A stretch of 64,000 bases of DNA from the human T2T-CHM13v2.0 reference genome, Homo sapiens: the NCBI RefSeq assembly GCF_009914755.1, contig NC_060939.1; one strand, written 5' to 3'. Positions 43,299 through 62,778 of the stretch are shown piece by piece. The notes under the pieces were generated by a model. It ran no database searches and was not told where the DNA came from. It saw only the letters and a list, made by a program, of their open reading frames with translations. The position numbers were made by a program, and so were the translations under genes. The stretch's first letter is position 1, and the number at the start of each line of letters is the position of its first letter.

Positions 43299-43363
43299 GA
43301 ACCAGAGGGAATGCTGCTGGAAGCTCACAGACAGGTGATGCACTTGGAAAGGCTTTGGCATCT
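43299..43363 (+). CDS. TCF12: TCF12 exon 12 ([22 protein letters not shown]), 65 nt
   Basis: atatccag acceptor and TCT|gtgagt donor; [10 protein letters not shown] is conserved in TCF3/4/12. Confidence 0.97.
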
Positions 43364-44479
43364 GTGAGTATTGATTTTACACATTCTACTGAATGAATTT
43401 TACACTACTGAATACAGTGATTAGATTTTGTAGGTGATAAGTATCTAAAGAGTATAGATGTAACAAGATCAATTTCATTACACATTTAGAGTTATTCTCG
43501 GTTTGTATTGATATATGCCCTTAAATGCTATGCCTGTGGTACAGCAAATGCTGGGAAGAGGAAAAAGAAGTCATCTAAAGCACCAACTGCCAAGATTAAT
43601 CATTAAATCTATTTCTTCTAAATACATAGTTAGTAAGTGGCCCATTAAAATAAGTCAAGTGGAACCACGAAAGATAACTCAGTATTCTGATCCAGAGAAT
43701 GAAGTACCTTTATAAGAAACTTTTCCAAGATCAAAAGCATTTTATGTACTGTATTTTTTTTTAAAGTCAACTGCACCTGATTTACTCAAGGAATAGGAAA
43801 TGAGAGCCTTCTCCCCAAAAAAGCCAGATTCATTGAAGAATCATGTTAAAATGAGTAAAAGTGATTTGAAGGAATCCGATAGTATTTTCTTGAGCAACTA
43901 GTTCACATACATCACTTCAGAACATTAATGACAAAGCAGTGATTATATTTTAATATCTGATTCTTAAAACATTAAAATCTCCTCTTTCGGAATGCCAAAA
44001 CTAGAAGGGAGAGCAGTTTTCAGTAAATCTACAACAGTTTCAAATCTAATTATTTAAAAGGGGCACTTGTGCTTTGCGCTTCCTAAAATTTCACTTTAGA
44101 TGATTTTTTTTCTTCTTGTTTTCTGAGTAGTATGCCTCTTAGAATTCCCACAGAATTGTCTTTTATTTTCTATGAAGTGCAATTAACTGTCAGATACATT
44201 TGTTGCCATTCATGGAGAAGGCAGAGCACGTTAATACCTGAGTGGTAGGAAGCAACTGTTGAGCATTTAAGGAGATAAACCTCTTTGTATATTGTTGGTG
44301 TAAATAAATTTTTCTCTACAGCTGAATACCAGCTTCTTGGAAAATGAAGCCAAGTCAGACTCATTTACTACATAGTAGAGATGGAGCACACACAAAATGC
44401 AGCTCAGTGAATGTTTGTTGAATTCTGTCTTGGATCATATAATAATAATAGTAATGATAATAACAAAACCCACAAAATA

Positions 44480-44740
44480 TTTCAGCTATAATTTGAATGC
44501 GCACCTATACTGAGCATTTACATGCCCTGTTTCATTTAATCCTCAAGAAAGCCCTGTAAGGTTGGCATTGTTATCCCCACATTACAGATGAGGAACTAAG
44601 GTTTAAAAGGTGAAGTAACTTGAGCTCAGAAAGATTAAGCAGCTCGCCCTAGGGGAATCATAAGCTAGCATGGATAAAGCCCATATATATTAGAACCCTG
44701 ATCAGACCAGCTTCAGACTCTGCTCCTAACCACTGCTGCA
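44480..44740 (-). mobile_element. MIR
   Basis: tcatttaatcctcaag...ccctgtaagg...ttacagatgaggaactaagg...tgaagtaacttg. Confidence 0.7.
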
Positions 44741-46391
44741 TACATCCAGAAAGTGCGGTGCTGTGGTAATTATCTTACAAGGTATTGATGAGAATGAAAG
44801 AAAATTGTCTCACCCTTTTTTCGACTTACTGTCACCTGATGAAAATGACCTATTTAGGAAGACAATTTTATTCTATACTAAACCTGTAAGGTCTCCAGGT
44901 ATTTGATTGGCTTGCCATATTCCTTCTCCTGATTCTGGAAGAGTCCAGTAACTGATATTTTACATGTAACAGGACAAATAACATTTGAACTTTCAGTGCT
45001 AGATAATTTTTTAAAATTTAACCTGCATTTTGGGGGCTTTTTTTCTCAAAGGTCATTTGTTTGTTTTATTAAAGAAAACTTCTATCAGGGAACCTTGGCC
45101 TACAGGCAGGCAAGAATTTGTGATGTTCTCAGTGGCCCTTCAAGTTCATTTTGTTACCCTTCACATCCTTGAGTATCTTCCCCTGTTATAAACAGCATAC
45201 TAGCCAAACCAAAATGGCATTTGGAAAAGAAAACCCAAATTCACCGTGAATGGAATCCAGTGAAGAAATGTTTAATCTAGTTAGTGGGTGGGCTTTGGTT
45301 GTCATGGAAACTCAGCTCTGTCATCCTGTGTTGTTACTAGGCAGGAGCAGCCAGGTCATTCCATAAATCATTTCTGTCATAGCTGACGGTGATGCATTCC
45401 ATCTGCTCCATCACTGCATGCCATAGTCTGCACATTTCAAATCCCTTCCTTCAATCCATCTGCTTCCCCACTTCCCAGCCGGACACCTCCCCAAATACAT
45501 TCTTTTTCCAACTTTCCTTACAGACTCGCATTCACTTTAATATATGTTTAGTGCACTCAAAACGTACTGAAAAAGAAAAACATTACATTATCTGGGGATA
45601 GGAAGGATTAGAAGAGATGAGGAGAAGGAAATTAATGAGGATTACTTTTGAGAGTCTGACATGCATATCATAATTTTATGTCAGGTATTATAGATATTTT
45701 GAAATGGTGACTGACTCTTTTGAAATTTTAAGTTCTTTAGAATGTGACGCTTTTAATATAGCCTCTGGTTTTAGATGGAGAAACACTATGCTATTGTCAT
45801 TAAAAATTAATTCTATTTCCCCAATTGTCTAATATATGTCTTAAAAGATCTTTCATATTGTGAAACATCAGAGGGTACAACCTTTGTTCTTCAGTTTAGG
45901 TATTAAAGAGCACACAGAATACTGTGTGATTAAACATGTAAGGCCAGATAATGCATTTGCAAAGGTTCCTTTATTTTAGGTTTAAGCCTGCATAATTGTG
46001 GTCTTAATCTCAGGATAGCAAGAAAGAGAATTGTACATGAAAGTATTTACACAAAGTTCCCAAAGCCCTGTGGATTATGCATTAGTTTAGATAAAAAAAA
46101 AGAAAAAAAAAAAACCTAGGGTAGATAGAAGGAAAGGAAAATCTGGGTATTCGTGCCATTTCTAATGTGTTTCCCTGAACATTTGCCAGACAATAACCCT
46201 TTAAGATTGTGCCCGTGGAGAGTTATATAGAGGAAGAAACATCTGGTTTCTTTCGGTGCCTAATACCATATCAAAACACTTGGTCTTTAATTTAGAGGAG
46301 ATCAAACAAGAAGACTGTTTAACTTTGTTGATTATATCAGACTTCTTTGTGATAATTTATGTTTTGATTTCTACCTCAGAGCAAGGGAAAA

Positions 46392-46440
46392 AGAGAGAGA
46401 GAGTGTGTGTGTGTGTGTGTGTGTGTATATGTATGTGTGT
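46392..46440. repeat. (GA)n(GT)n compound microsatellite
   Basis: agagagagagagtgtgtgtg... Confidence 0.9.
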
Positions 46441-47959
46441 ATTAATCTGGATAAATGGTCAGTAGTCTCTAACAAAAGAAAAGAAAATTCAGGGAAGTTG
46501 ATGTTTAAAAGTAATTCATGAAATAACTTTCTTTGTTCCTTAGACTCAATAACATTAGCATAATAAAGATTAACTGAAATGTGCACTGTAGTGTTTAAAA
46601 AATTGGGCTCACAGTTCCGGGGTTGGGCTTGGGAGCAGTCCATTGTTTCTTTTTTGTCTAAAGCCCTTTTCATTAGCCTCTGGCTTATTGGCACCCTGCT
46701 GATTGGAATAGACCATGACTGATAGGAGGAGGAGTCTCATTTGTTGGAGTAAAATGAGGCATATTACCGTTTAAGCCTGGCAGAAGGCATTGGGAGTTAT
46801 TCATTATTGGTCATTTAACAGTATGAGGACCATGGACTGCATGCAGAATGAGTGCTTACTTTGTTTATGCTCTAGACTCTAAATCACTCTTTACCCCCAT
46901 TTTTTTAAGTAACTGATTTTGTTCTTCTTTTTATTCTTACCTTCAAACATCAATGTAGGAGTTCTTTTAAGTCCAGAAAGTATGAAAAGAAACATATTCC
47001 TGATTTAGAATAAAGCCAAATAAAGCCTGTGTTTAGAAGTTAAAGTAGCACAATTTTTATAGAATAAGTATGATTTGTTTGCGATTTGGTAATAAAATAA
47101 ACACTCAGAGATAAAGCTTAGTGAAATGACCTGTGATCCAAAAGGCTGTGTTATCATGCTTTTCAAATGTTGTATTGCTCCTCCTCTCCCACCATACACA
47201 TTCTTTTTATGAAAGTAAAAGTGATTTTTTAAAAAGTCCTGTAACTTACAGGGCTATCTGTAAATTTAGGAAAAGTATTGATAACAATTCTGTCTGTCAT
47301 CACTTTAACTGGCAAAGTAGAACCAGTGACTGTGATGGATGAGTGGAAAAATTGGCTTTTATTGTACAAATGGAGAAGCTGCTTTTGGAAAAAATACCAG
47401 AAATGATATATTTTTATACTTGATATGTTTTTGGTGCTGTTTCTCCCGTTTAGACAGTGATTTTTTTTTTTAAGTTTACACCAGTTTTACATATAGCATT
47501 GGGGCATTTCACCAAGTCATTTAAAGATAGTGCTCTTATATGACTCTAAACTATTACCTCTTCCTTCCTTGATATAAAGGAGCTTTCACCAGTTGTTGAC
47601 ATGGTTAGGGATTGTTTAAGTGTAAGGACAGAGTTTTCAGGGAAAATCGGGATTGGTAGTCCATTTCTACCCTCAAAAGCCCATGCCTACCTAACAGTGT
47701 GATATGGACAGCTTAGTACATCAACACTAATTCCCAGAAATAGTGAAACCTCACCATATGATTATTCTCAAAGCTTATGCCATAAAACTGATTTGAAATT
47801 AAGTCATATTTATAACAAGCTCTTTTGCCCTTGGTATTTCTGTTGCTGACCCACATTGTATAAATACCAAGATAAATACTACCATTTATTGAGTCCTGCT
47901 TTTTATCAGTTAGTATTATAGCAAATTTCAATTGTAGTTTAATCACTCAAGTTAAAAAT

Positions 47960-49330
<1,371 letters not shown>

Positions 49331-49853
49331 AGATGGACCCTAGGGACTTTATCAAATACAAAGACTGAAAAGAATCACTTAAATGGAAATTCCTGGCAAG
49401 GATTATGCTTTTCATTCTTAATGACAACTGTATATCTGTACATTGAACCCTCACCATTTATCTGCACTGTTGTGGAATCTGAGGCTACATTAATAAGACA
49501 AATTCCTCATTCTTCTGGGGCTTATATTTTACCATGGGAAAGGATAAAAAAACAGGTAACAGACAAATGTAGATGATTAGAAATACAGTGTAAGCACTAT
49601 GAAGAATACGAAAGAAGGAGTATGTAACAGAAAATGCTGCTTCATGAGTTGGGCTAATTGACAGTTTTGCATAGAACTGACGATTTCTCACTCATCCATC
49701 CACCATCAGTGTTATCAGCCTTTCCCTCCCTTGCCAATATTGTAGTCAAGACATATTTCATAAAGATGAGCATCAATTGCTCATAAATGGTATAATTATT
49801 TGAATTATGAACATAAGAAATGGTGGTTTTCAGTGGTAAAGAGGTATGTTGAG

Positions 49854-50223
<370 letters not shown>

Positions 50224-50357
50224 TTACTTATGTGGTTGAAATAAATCAATGTATGTGTGCAAAGCCACTAAGAACAAAAATGTACTTTCCCAAGCTAATT
50301 TTCCCATGTGTCCAATGAATGTTTTAAAAGGTAACAACTTAAAAACCAATAATATTG

Positions 50358-50651
50358 ATTTTTTTTTTTTTCATACACTGTCTTACTCTGTCACCCAAGC
50401 TGGAGTGCAGTGGCTCGATCTCGGCTCACTGAAACCTCCACCTCCCAGATTCAAGCGATTCTCCTGCCTCAGACCCCGCGAGTAGCTGGGATTACAGTCG
50501 CCCACCACGCCCGACTAATTTTTGTATGTCTAGTAGAGACGGGGTTTCACCATGTTGGCCAGGCTGGTCTCGAACTCCTGACCTCAGGTGATCCACCTGC
50601 CTCGGCCTCCCAAAGTGCTGGGATTATAGGCGTGAGCTACCGCACCCGGCC
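50358..50651 (-). mobile_element. Alu (AluS-like)
   Basis: Reverse Alu consensus. Confidence 0.93.
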
Positions 50652-50744
50652 TATTATTGATCTTATACTACCTCTCTGTTACTAGATCCTCCCAAAGTGT
50701 TTTGAACTCTTTTCCATAGCTTTACTTTTCCAAAATAGCTTTTT

Positions 50745-50802
50745 AAATAGAGTATACAGTGTCTAGATCCTGAAAATAGAGTATACAGTGTCTAGATCCT
50801 GA
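50745..50802. repeat. Perfect 29-bp tandem duplication
   Basis: aaatagagtatacagtgtctagatcctga twice (50745-50773 and 50774-50802). Confidence 0.95.
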
Positions 50803-50957
50803 CTGTTTGAGATAGTTGATGTATAAAGGCATTTACAATTATAAGTTACTAATGTCATACAAATTGGCGTATTTTGTTTGAAGTGCATATATCCATTTGT
50901 AGTCAAAGGAAGGTAGACTTTGGGCTGCTTACAATTTGAAAGCCTGTTACCTTTTTA

Positions 50958-51331
<374 letters not shown>

Positions 51332-51666
51332 TCAAATCTTGAAAGAACATTTTTATGCTTTCTTTAAAAACAATGTTGAAATTCCTTGTATGCTGTAAAT
51401 TGGGTCTCTTTAAATTCATTAGAGCTCTTAAGTTTATTCAAAGCAAGGTCATTTCTACTGGATGACTTTTTGCACTCACAAGTAGTTTTCCTTTTTAAAA
51501 TATTTGACCACAATTTATCCATATAAGTTGGTTTGTCTGCCCTGAGTGCTGAGATACGAAAATGATTATTATGCATATTAAAAGAATAGGATTGTCCAAG
51601 AAGAGATCTTAGGGATGGGCCTTTGGTGCCTGGATTAAGGGGACTTTTAAAGTGTTTACTGTTGTT

Positions 51667-51932
51667 GCCAGGCACCATGGCTCACACCTGTAATCCCAGC
51701 ACTTTGGGAGGCCAAAGCGGGTGGATCACCTGAGGTCAACCTGACCAACATGACAAAAACCCATCCTAAAAAAAAGTTAGCTCGGCATGGTGGCATGCAC
51801 TCGTAGTCTGAGCTACTAGGGAAGCTGAGACAAGAGAATCGCTTGAACCTGGCGGGGTGGAGGTTGCAGTAAGCTGAGATTGCGCCGTTGCACTCCAGCC
51901 TGGGTGACAGAGTGAGACTTCATCTCAAAAAA
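51667..51932 (+). mobile_element. Alu (AluS-like, internal deletions)
   Basis: Alu consensus; TSD-like aaaagtgtt(t/c)act. Confidence 0.9.
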
Positions 51933-52730
51933 AGTGTTCACTCTTGAATTAGATGTACTTGAATTAATCTCTGTCACCATTTATTTTTGGCAATATGAAA
52001 TATATATAAAGTATTGCAATAAAAGTTTGAGCCAGAATACCTAAATTTATGCATCCGATAATTTATCCTTTTCAAAGTAGACCTATTAGGATTTGAAGTC
52101 CACAAATCATCTTGGAAACAGTTTTTGAAGCATAACAGGATTTTTTCACTTTCTTCAAGGATGACAGAGTATCTTCTGAGAATAAGTTTAATGTTTTACA
52201 ACACTCAATCATTTGGAGCTAAAATTGGCAAAAATGTGGTTGATCAAACTGAGTAACTTTTTAAATGAGAGATAAAGGGTAACTATTAAAAAGATTATTT
52301 TCTTTGTCCAGCCTTTAAACTGTCCATAAAGACCATTCTAAAAGATAGTATTAATAGCTTTCTGAGGTGATTATTTTTAAAGATACCACTTAGTTAGATA
52401 ACATATTCTAGAAAGATTGTCAGATTTGTTAACTTTGTAGATACTTCTCCTTTTTCTGTTCTAACAGAAACTTTAAGTTATTTTCACCTAGAATAATAAA
52501 TACATGTGATCTATTTTATTCCTCTCGTATTAGACTATATATACTTTTTAATCCTGTTTTTTAAACTGAGGCTTCTGTATGATGAAACAGTCTAAAACTT
52601 GACAAGAAATTTTTTCACTCTGAAGTCTTAGGGGTGACAACTAGATTATAAAAATAACTCCATGTGAACGGATTTGTGTATGTGCTGTTGTCACATGTTG
52701 ATACATGTATATTTCTTGTTTTCTGGTTAG

Positions 52731-52862
<132 letters not shown>

Positions 52863-53146
52863 TAGTTCATTTATTTCTCAACAAACTTTAATAAAAATTT
52901 GTGAAAAATCATTTAGATTTTGACTATAAGAAAGTGTGTAAAGAGAGCCTTCCTCTTGAATTCATTTTGGAGAATATTGAAATATTTGCTAGTTTTGAGT
53001 TATTTATTAATATCTTCCCTGATTCTTAATGTAATTTGTGATCATTTCTAAGAACAGTAGTTACAACAGGATAAAAATAAGACCAGGCAATTGGAATGAA
53101 GATAAAATATGGAGAAAGAATGAAATCAAAAGTTTTTCTAAAGTTA

Positions 53147-53435
53147 TTTTTTTTAGAGACAGGGTCTTACTCTGTTGCCCTGGCTGGAGTATAGTGGTAT
53201 GGTCTTGGCCCACTGCAGCCTCCAACTCCTGGGCTCAAATGATCCTTCCACCTCAGCCTCCTGAGTAACTGGGAATACAGGTGTATGCCACCGTGCCAAG
53301 CTAATTTTTTTACTTTTTGTAGAGACTGGGTCTCATTATGTTGCCCAGCCTAGTCTTGAACACCTGAGCTCAAGCAATCCTCCCACCTTGGCCCCCCAAA
53401 ATGCTGGGATTACAGGTGTCAGCCGCCATACCTAC
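53147..53435 (-). mobile_element. Alu (AluJ-like)
   Basis: Reverse Alu consensus. Confidence 0.9.
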
Positions 53436-53679
53436 CCCCCAAAAAATGGTTTTTATAAGATAGCATGTAAAATAAACAAGATTAATCTATTTAAAAGTAC
53501 ATGTAACTTCCTCCTTGTTCTCCACACTTGTCATGTACTACGGGTAAGATTCAAAGATTAATAACTATTTCTGCTAGATAGTCTGTTTTTATTTTTAGGT
53601 CAACTAAGTTATTTCCCATAGATAAAAAAATTCTTGGGAATGATGTGGTTTTTCTGCCGAGGAAAAAAACTCTCTGTGA

Positions 53680-54022
<343 letters not shown>

Positions 54023-55614
54023 CACATGTTTTTTTTTTCTTAATATTTTTTATGTTAGTTTAGACAAGTTCTAAATACTATCCTACAGTATAAATTTGTG
54101 GAGACATGATTGATGTTATTGTAAACGGGATTTTTTTTATTTCTTAGGAATAAATATAAGTATATAAAAATGTTTAATATCTTTTAAGCTATAATTTTAA
54201 AACTCGAACTATATTTTTCTGAGCAGTGTTTGGAGAAAAGCCTTGCTGAAGAAAAAATATGTTAGATTGTTTTGAGGAAAAGGCATTTGGCAACTGGGTA
54301 AAGTTACCATATTCCTCCAACAACAGTTGGGGAAATAATTCTGTTTTCCTAATCAAGCCATTAGTTAAGTCCATGCAGTTTTGTGTTTTGTTGTTGTTGT
54401 TAAGCCTTTTTGCACTGTGGCCCTGGCCATCACCTATGCTTTGTGTATTAGCCTTGTGGCTCTACTAAGAAGCATTCCGGTTTGGGGATGATGAACTGCT
54501 GGCAGCTGCTTTCAGCTATTAGCAGGTTCTGCCACTCTCTCAGACACCAGGCCTTCAGCTGTCTAGTAAAAGTTAAACAGCTGTTCCCCACATAGACAAG
54601 ACTATGAAAGACCCATTGACTTAAAGATGTTGTTTAGCAGAGCTGAAATTACAGGAAGAATGATGTAACTCTAACCCTACTCACCCTCTTTGCACAGTTC
54701 TACTAAAATTATCAATGTCATTTTTGCTACAGCTTGTTTCACTTTCTCATCCGAGGTTTCCATATCAGCATTCCCACTACCTCTCCTTGTCTGTGTAGTA
54801 AGATAGCTGCCAAAGTATCCTTTGGTTTTAATGAACACTGAGTAGGAAGGCAGGCCATGGCAGAGCTCAGCATCTATGAAGGGTCATCAATGAAATGCAG
54901 AATCCAAGATTTAGACATTTTCCAAAAAACTAGTGGTCACAAGTAAAATCTTACATTTCCTCCTTCATCTTTATTTGATATTTAATGGGCGATGCTGTCT
55001 TTTTCTCTTTAATTCAGGTTGTTAATGAAAATCTGGGCTGTTGAATTATGTAATGAAGCCTTCTTTTTAATTCAGCAGTCATAATCAAAGAAAAATACTT
55101 TCACATACTTGTGTTGAAACAGCAAATCAAAGACTGATTTTAGGCAGGTGCATCTCTCCTGGCTCCTGTGTCTTGGTTCTTATCTACACACACACACCCT
55201 TACCCACCCATAGCAGGGCAGAGATGAGATAGAAAGAAGAAAGGAAAGCACTGTGTGATAAAATATTCACTGTCAAAGGGAAAAAAAAAGGAAAAGAACA
55301 GAGCAAACCAGAGCTCCTATATAAATATGTGGACATTATTTTGCATCTTGTGTGGCAATGGCCTGTTATCTAGAGTAAAAAAATTCTACCCACTCTGTGA
55401 GTAGAATTGTCCACACTTGCCCTATTCCTTATGTTTTTGAGCATCAGTTAGACTTAGCACAGGTCTTTTAAAGATAGATACACAGGTGCAGAGCCACATA
55501 AGCAGCTTCTAAGGCCATCATTCTTTAAATCCCCAGTGTTTTCCTTGGGAACTTTTCAGGTCAAGAGCATACATTTCTACATAGAGAGTGCTTAGAAGGA
55601 AGGTTCTGAGATAT

Positions 55615-55830
55615 TGTATCAGTTAGGATGCTTTAGGCTAAAATGAGGAGAAACTCTTGTCTCAGCTAGTCTGAACAGTAAGAGGATTTATTATCTTGTG
55701 TTGTGAGGTCCTGGCCCCCTATGTCAGGGCTCCTGCTCTACTTTGCAGTTCTTCCTCAGGCTGGTAGCAAGACAGCAGTTCAGGGTACTACATGCAGACA
55801 TATCTCCAGTAGATGAAAAAAGACCGTCTC
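55615..55830 (-). mobile_element. MLT1 (MaLR, MLT1J/K-like) LTR, 3' part, split by the retrocopy
   Basis: tgtatcagttaggatgcttt...aacagtaagaggatttatt resembles the reverse complement of the MLT1J/K 3' end, including its AATAAA. Confidence 0.7.
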
Positions 55831-55832
55831 TC

Positions 55833-57350
<1,518 letters not shown>

Positions 57351-57648
57351 CCATCTCTTTCTTTTGAGAGTCTTTTAAAAATTATTTTAAGGATCCTTTT
57401 CCAGAAGCCTCTTAAACAGATTTCCCCTTACGTCTTATTGGCCAGCACTGGGCCTAATGCAGTTGCTTGCAAGAGAAATGGTGCCACCATGTTTATCTTA
57501 GCATCTGGATTTGTCCCTGGGGCTAAGAATAGAATTGCTCTCTCCTGGTTCCTATTAGGAAAGGACAGACCCACCTCCCACACCCCTTGTGAACAAAATC
57601 AGTGCTCTGGCCACAAGATAGAAGAGAGGAATGGCTTTGTTTACTACA
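57351..57648 (-). mobile_element. MLT1 LTR, 5' part
   Basis: ccagaagcc...cagatttccccttacgtcttattggccagcactggg and gaacaaaatcag...ggaatgg resemble the MLT1J/K consensus. Confidence 0.65.
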
Positions 57649-59634
57649 GTTGTTATTTAGGAAAAGATGAGCATTTGCAGTAAGAGAATAAGTTTACTAA
57701 GGGAGCTTGGAAGGCAAACAAGCAAAGTCATCCTTTGCCTTTCATTACCTCCTTCTGGAATATAAATGAATAAAAGTTCAATAATTGTAGTACTCAGTAG
57801 TAATCTTCAGAGCTTTCACAGAAAAAAATAATAAGGAGAGAAAGAGAAATTCTCAGTTTCAGCTAATCAATGAGCTACTTATTTTTATTACCTGTCAGAT
57901 TGCCTGGTGTTAAGTCAGTTACCTGACTTCAGCATGCTTTAACAAAGTGCGTTACACTGGAACGGGCCAGTCTGTAATACAAACAAAATAAGTTTAAGTG
58001 TATGTATATTTTTTTCCAGTTTAATGAATTACACATTGAAGATAGACCTTTGTACAGTTTTTTTAATAGCACCAAAAATTATGTAGATGATTACCCAGGT
58101 AATTCAGTGTGCACATCTTGATTCCTCAATATTAAGCTAATGAACAATCTCAAAAACAGCCTGTTTTGCAAAAGCAGATGCATGCTGACAATTCTGAGGC
58201 ATTTGAACGTAAAACGTGTTAATATTGCACACAAAGTCAGTAATTTGATGATCAGGCTTCTGTTACGGGGGGGCTTACAGAAGGAGTAGAAAAAATGATT
58301 GAAAAGTAAAATATTACCAACATTAAGATAAATTCTTTTTTAATAATTAAAGGTATTTTTCAAAATCGATTATGATTAACCTGGTCACCTAAAATTCATA
58401 ATTCTGCATCAGTGCTTAGAAAGCAGTAATGCACTGAAATCAGCAGTAAGGTGTTGGCTAGTTGTTTTTATATATTTTTCATATAGTCAGTTATTGAGAT
58501 TTTCTGGTTGATTAATTCTGCCTTTTAATTATAAAATTAGCCCACAAGCTTTTGTTTCAATGAGCAATTTTAGATTGTCCATAATTTGTAGTTGATTTAT
58601 GATTACATTTGTATGTCTAGCAGGAAGCCTTTAATGGTCCTTAAAATAATTTGTTTATAATTTGCTCATAAGTAAAAAAAAAAAATTAACTGAAGTGCAT
58701 ATTTTTTCTCACAATTTTAGTATTTAAAGTATATTTATGTAATTATAACAGTATGCATATAATTGTGAAATCTAATCAGGTTATGAAGAATCTGTATCCA
58801 ACTTTTCAACTTGCAAAATGTGTATAATTGATGAATACACTTACTACATTGTTTCATAATTAAATAGTCTTGTTCAGCTAAAATGAACTATAATAGTTCT
58901 AATTTACCTCAAGTTTTTCTAAGATAGCAAATAAATTGTAGTGTCACATTAGCTTCCTAAGTAAGGCAAATTGACCTGCAATAAAAGGTTCTAGTGTGAG
59001 ACAAATTAAACCTTCAACTTCCAACTTCGATTTCTAATATAATTCAAATTGTCACTGAAGCTTTTATTAAGAATAAAAATATATTTAGTCTTTATTATTT
59101 TCTGTAAATGACTTATTTTCAGATGCACAATCGTGAAATAATGAAGATTTTGATCAGTTGTTTTTGTCTTTTTCCTTTGAAAGGTATTTTCGCAAGACCA
59201 TTAAAACATTGCCTTCTCTCTAACATATGGATGAATTATTTTTTTATGCTTCTTTTTTTTCATTCTTTATACTCTGAACTTGTATCTTTTCTTTTTCTAT
59301 CTTTATTTTTTAAATTAGATTTATACCTTTCTAACATCAAAGGCTAAACAACATCTAACAAGTTTTTATAACATTTTCCTAATTAATGTATTTGGTATAA
59401 ACTATTTTGGGAAATTTTTTAATAGATGACCCCAAGATCATTTACAGTCATGGGAAATTCATTCATCTGTGTATTGCTAAAGGCACTGTCAGTTACTATT
59501 ACCCCTTAGTAAGGCAATTTGTCCTTACGTTAATATATTTATACCCTTTGATTCAGAAATGCTACTTATCCTCAAAACATCCTTCCCCCTGGGGGAAAAA
59601 AACTCAAGAGTAATGTTTACTATATCACTGTTCA

Positions 59635-60291
<657 letters not shown>

Positions 60292-60636
60292 CTATAGGAA
60301 GGGGGACAGAATTTTAAAAGTGTGTACATTATAAGTGCATTTTCTCAAGATACATAGGCATGTGGACTAAGTCTAAAGAATGTGCAAACATAAAGGTAGC
60401 TGTATTTAAAATTACAGGGTTTTTTTTCTGTTTTCTCAGCACCCCATTTTTTTTATTAATAATGAAAGATTTTTTAAAATGTGTTGGGCTTATAAGTAGC
60501 CAATACTATGCTGAAGGCCAAACAAAAATATTCATGTAAATTTATTTAGTTATTGAGTATCTTTACCCTTTCCTTCACAACATTATCAAGATCACTGAGT
60601 TAACCCAGGTGTGTGGCTACTTTTGGGTTTTAACAG

Positions 60637-60710
60637 GTACCAGTCAGTGGCCAAGACCTGGAGGGCAAGCACCTTCATCCCCAAGCTATGAAAACTCACT
60701 CCACTCCCTG
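60637..60710 (+). CDS. TCF12: TCF12 exon 14 ([25 protein letters not shown]), 74 nt
   Basis: ttttaacag acceptor and CTG|gtaaga donor; visible in ORF 60609..60803. Confidence 0.97.
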
Positions 60711-61698
60711 GTAAGAGCCTCTTATACATCAGTTTTATCTGATAGCTTAGAGTTTGTTTGTTTTTGGTCAATCTGGCATAACAATAAAGAAACAGTAGGC
60801 TAGCATTGCACATGAATTCTTTGCTAACAAATGGCTGATTCATTTGAACAATATAAGACACATTGGGTATGCCTTTTGCCATCTGTTCTTTGGGACATCA
60901 GGCTTCTGGTGTCAGGACAGCTGATGTTAAAATTGTGTTATGAGGGTTTTTGTTTCTTTGACAAATCTAGGGCTTAATCTTTCTATGCTTCTATGTCTAC
61001 ATATAAAGGGAAACTTTTTTTAAAAAGACAAGTAAAAGCAAGAAAATTTAATCCAGCAATGCAAAATTTTACCCTTTTGTATTTTACACTTTCTCATAAT
61101 ACTGTGTGTGGTTTATTACATTTCCATTAAAAATTTTAAGTGAATACCAGTGTTTTTTGTCATGAAAGTATTATTTCCCATGTTTTCTTATGGAAAAAAA
61201 AGTATATTGTGCAAATTATACAAGCAAAACATTATTTAACAAGGCAGTAAAGGAACCTTCTAGATATTTGAGCGTGAAGAATTTGTGGGAGAATGTTGAC
61301 TACTGTTGCTTTTGTATACTTATATTTGTAACCCAGAATTACACGGTATAATAAAAACACAATAAAGATGATTTGATGGAATGCTAAGTCATGCTCTTAT
61401 TCGTAATTCCAGGTTGCAAAGAGAAACATTCTTTTTCTGTGACTAACAAAACATTTTAAATTGAAGGAACGTTTGCTTCTCATATATTTTGCAAGCAATT
61501 ATAAGCAATGTGTGCTGTTTAGATGCTAACCTTGTAACTTCCCTGTTGAATCCCAGCCTTTTCATATCTTAATAAAATAGATCTCGCAAGTCTTGGCGTT
61601 AACTTTACTAACATGTTATGCTGACATGCATATCAGCTATTTCCTCATCTCTTTTGGAGTTAATCTTAACCTGTGCTTTGCCTCCTGTTCTGTCTTGA

Positions 61699-61875
<177 letters not shown>

Positions 61876-62538
61876 TAAAAATCAAACAGTTGACTGTTTC
61901 AGTTTTTATCACAGTATATAGGAATAATTTTGTCTCTTATGTTGTTGAAAGTGATCCTTTTTAAAACAGCTCTACTGGCATGTGCTTTTGATTTTTTTAA
62001 TTCTAATATGTTTGTGTATGGGGCATGTGTGTATCCACAGACAGACAATACCATTTATTTAGTTTTGTCAAAGAACATATCTGGATATGTTCACCATATA
62101 AGTTACATGTGCTTTATATACTTAAGACAAAATTAAAACTTAAACTTACTGGATTTGAGGTCCCTTCCCCAAATTGCCATCATTCAAAGATCAGTATTAA
62201 AGTATAGGTTGTACTTTTTTTTTTTTTTTTTTTTGGCAGCTCTTATTGAGAAATGACATAGTATCCTTCATTTTTTGTAGAAGCTAAAAGAAATAACCTC
62301 ATGGTAGTTTGGTAAATTCGTTTTATAAAGCAGTGATTTGTTTCTGAAGCTTTGAAAATTTAGCATAATCTACATACATACAGCCTTTTTTTGTTGTTGA
62401 TTTATAGTTCAGGTGGTTGCTTTTGAAGCTACTTGATACTGCATTTCACTTGCTATCTTCCACATATCACATAGTAGGAAACGTAGCAGTTAATGAATCT
62501 AACAGATGCCAGCAATAACCACCATGTTTTTTTTTTAA

Positions 62539-62778
<240 letters not shown>

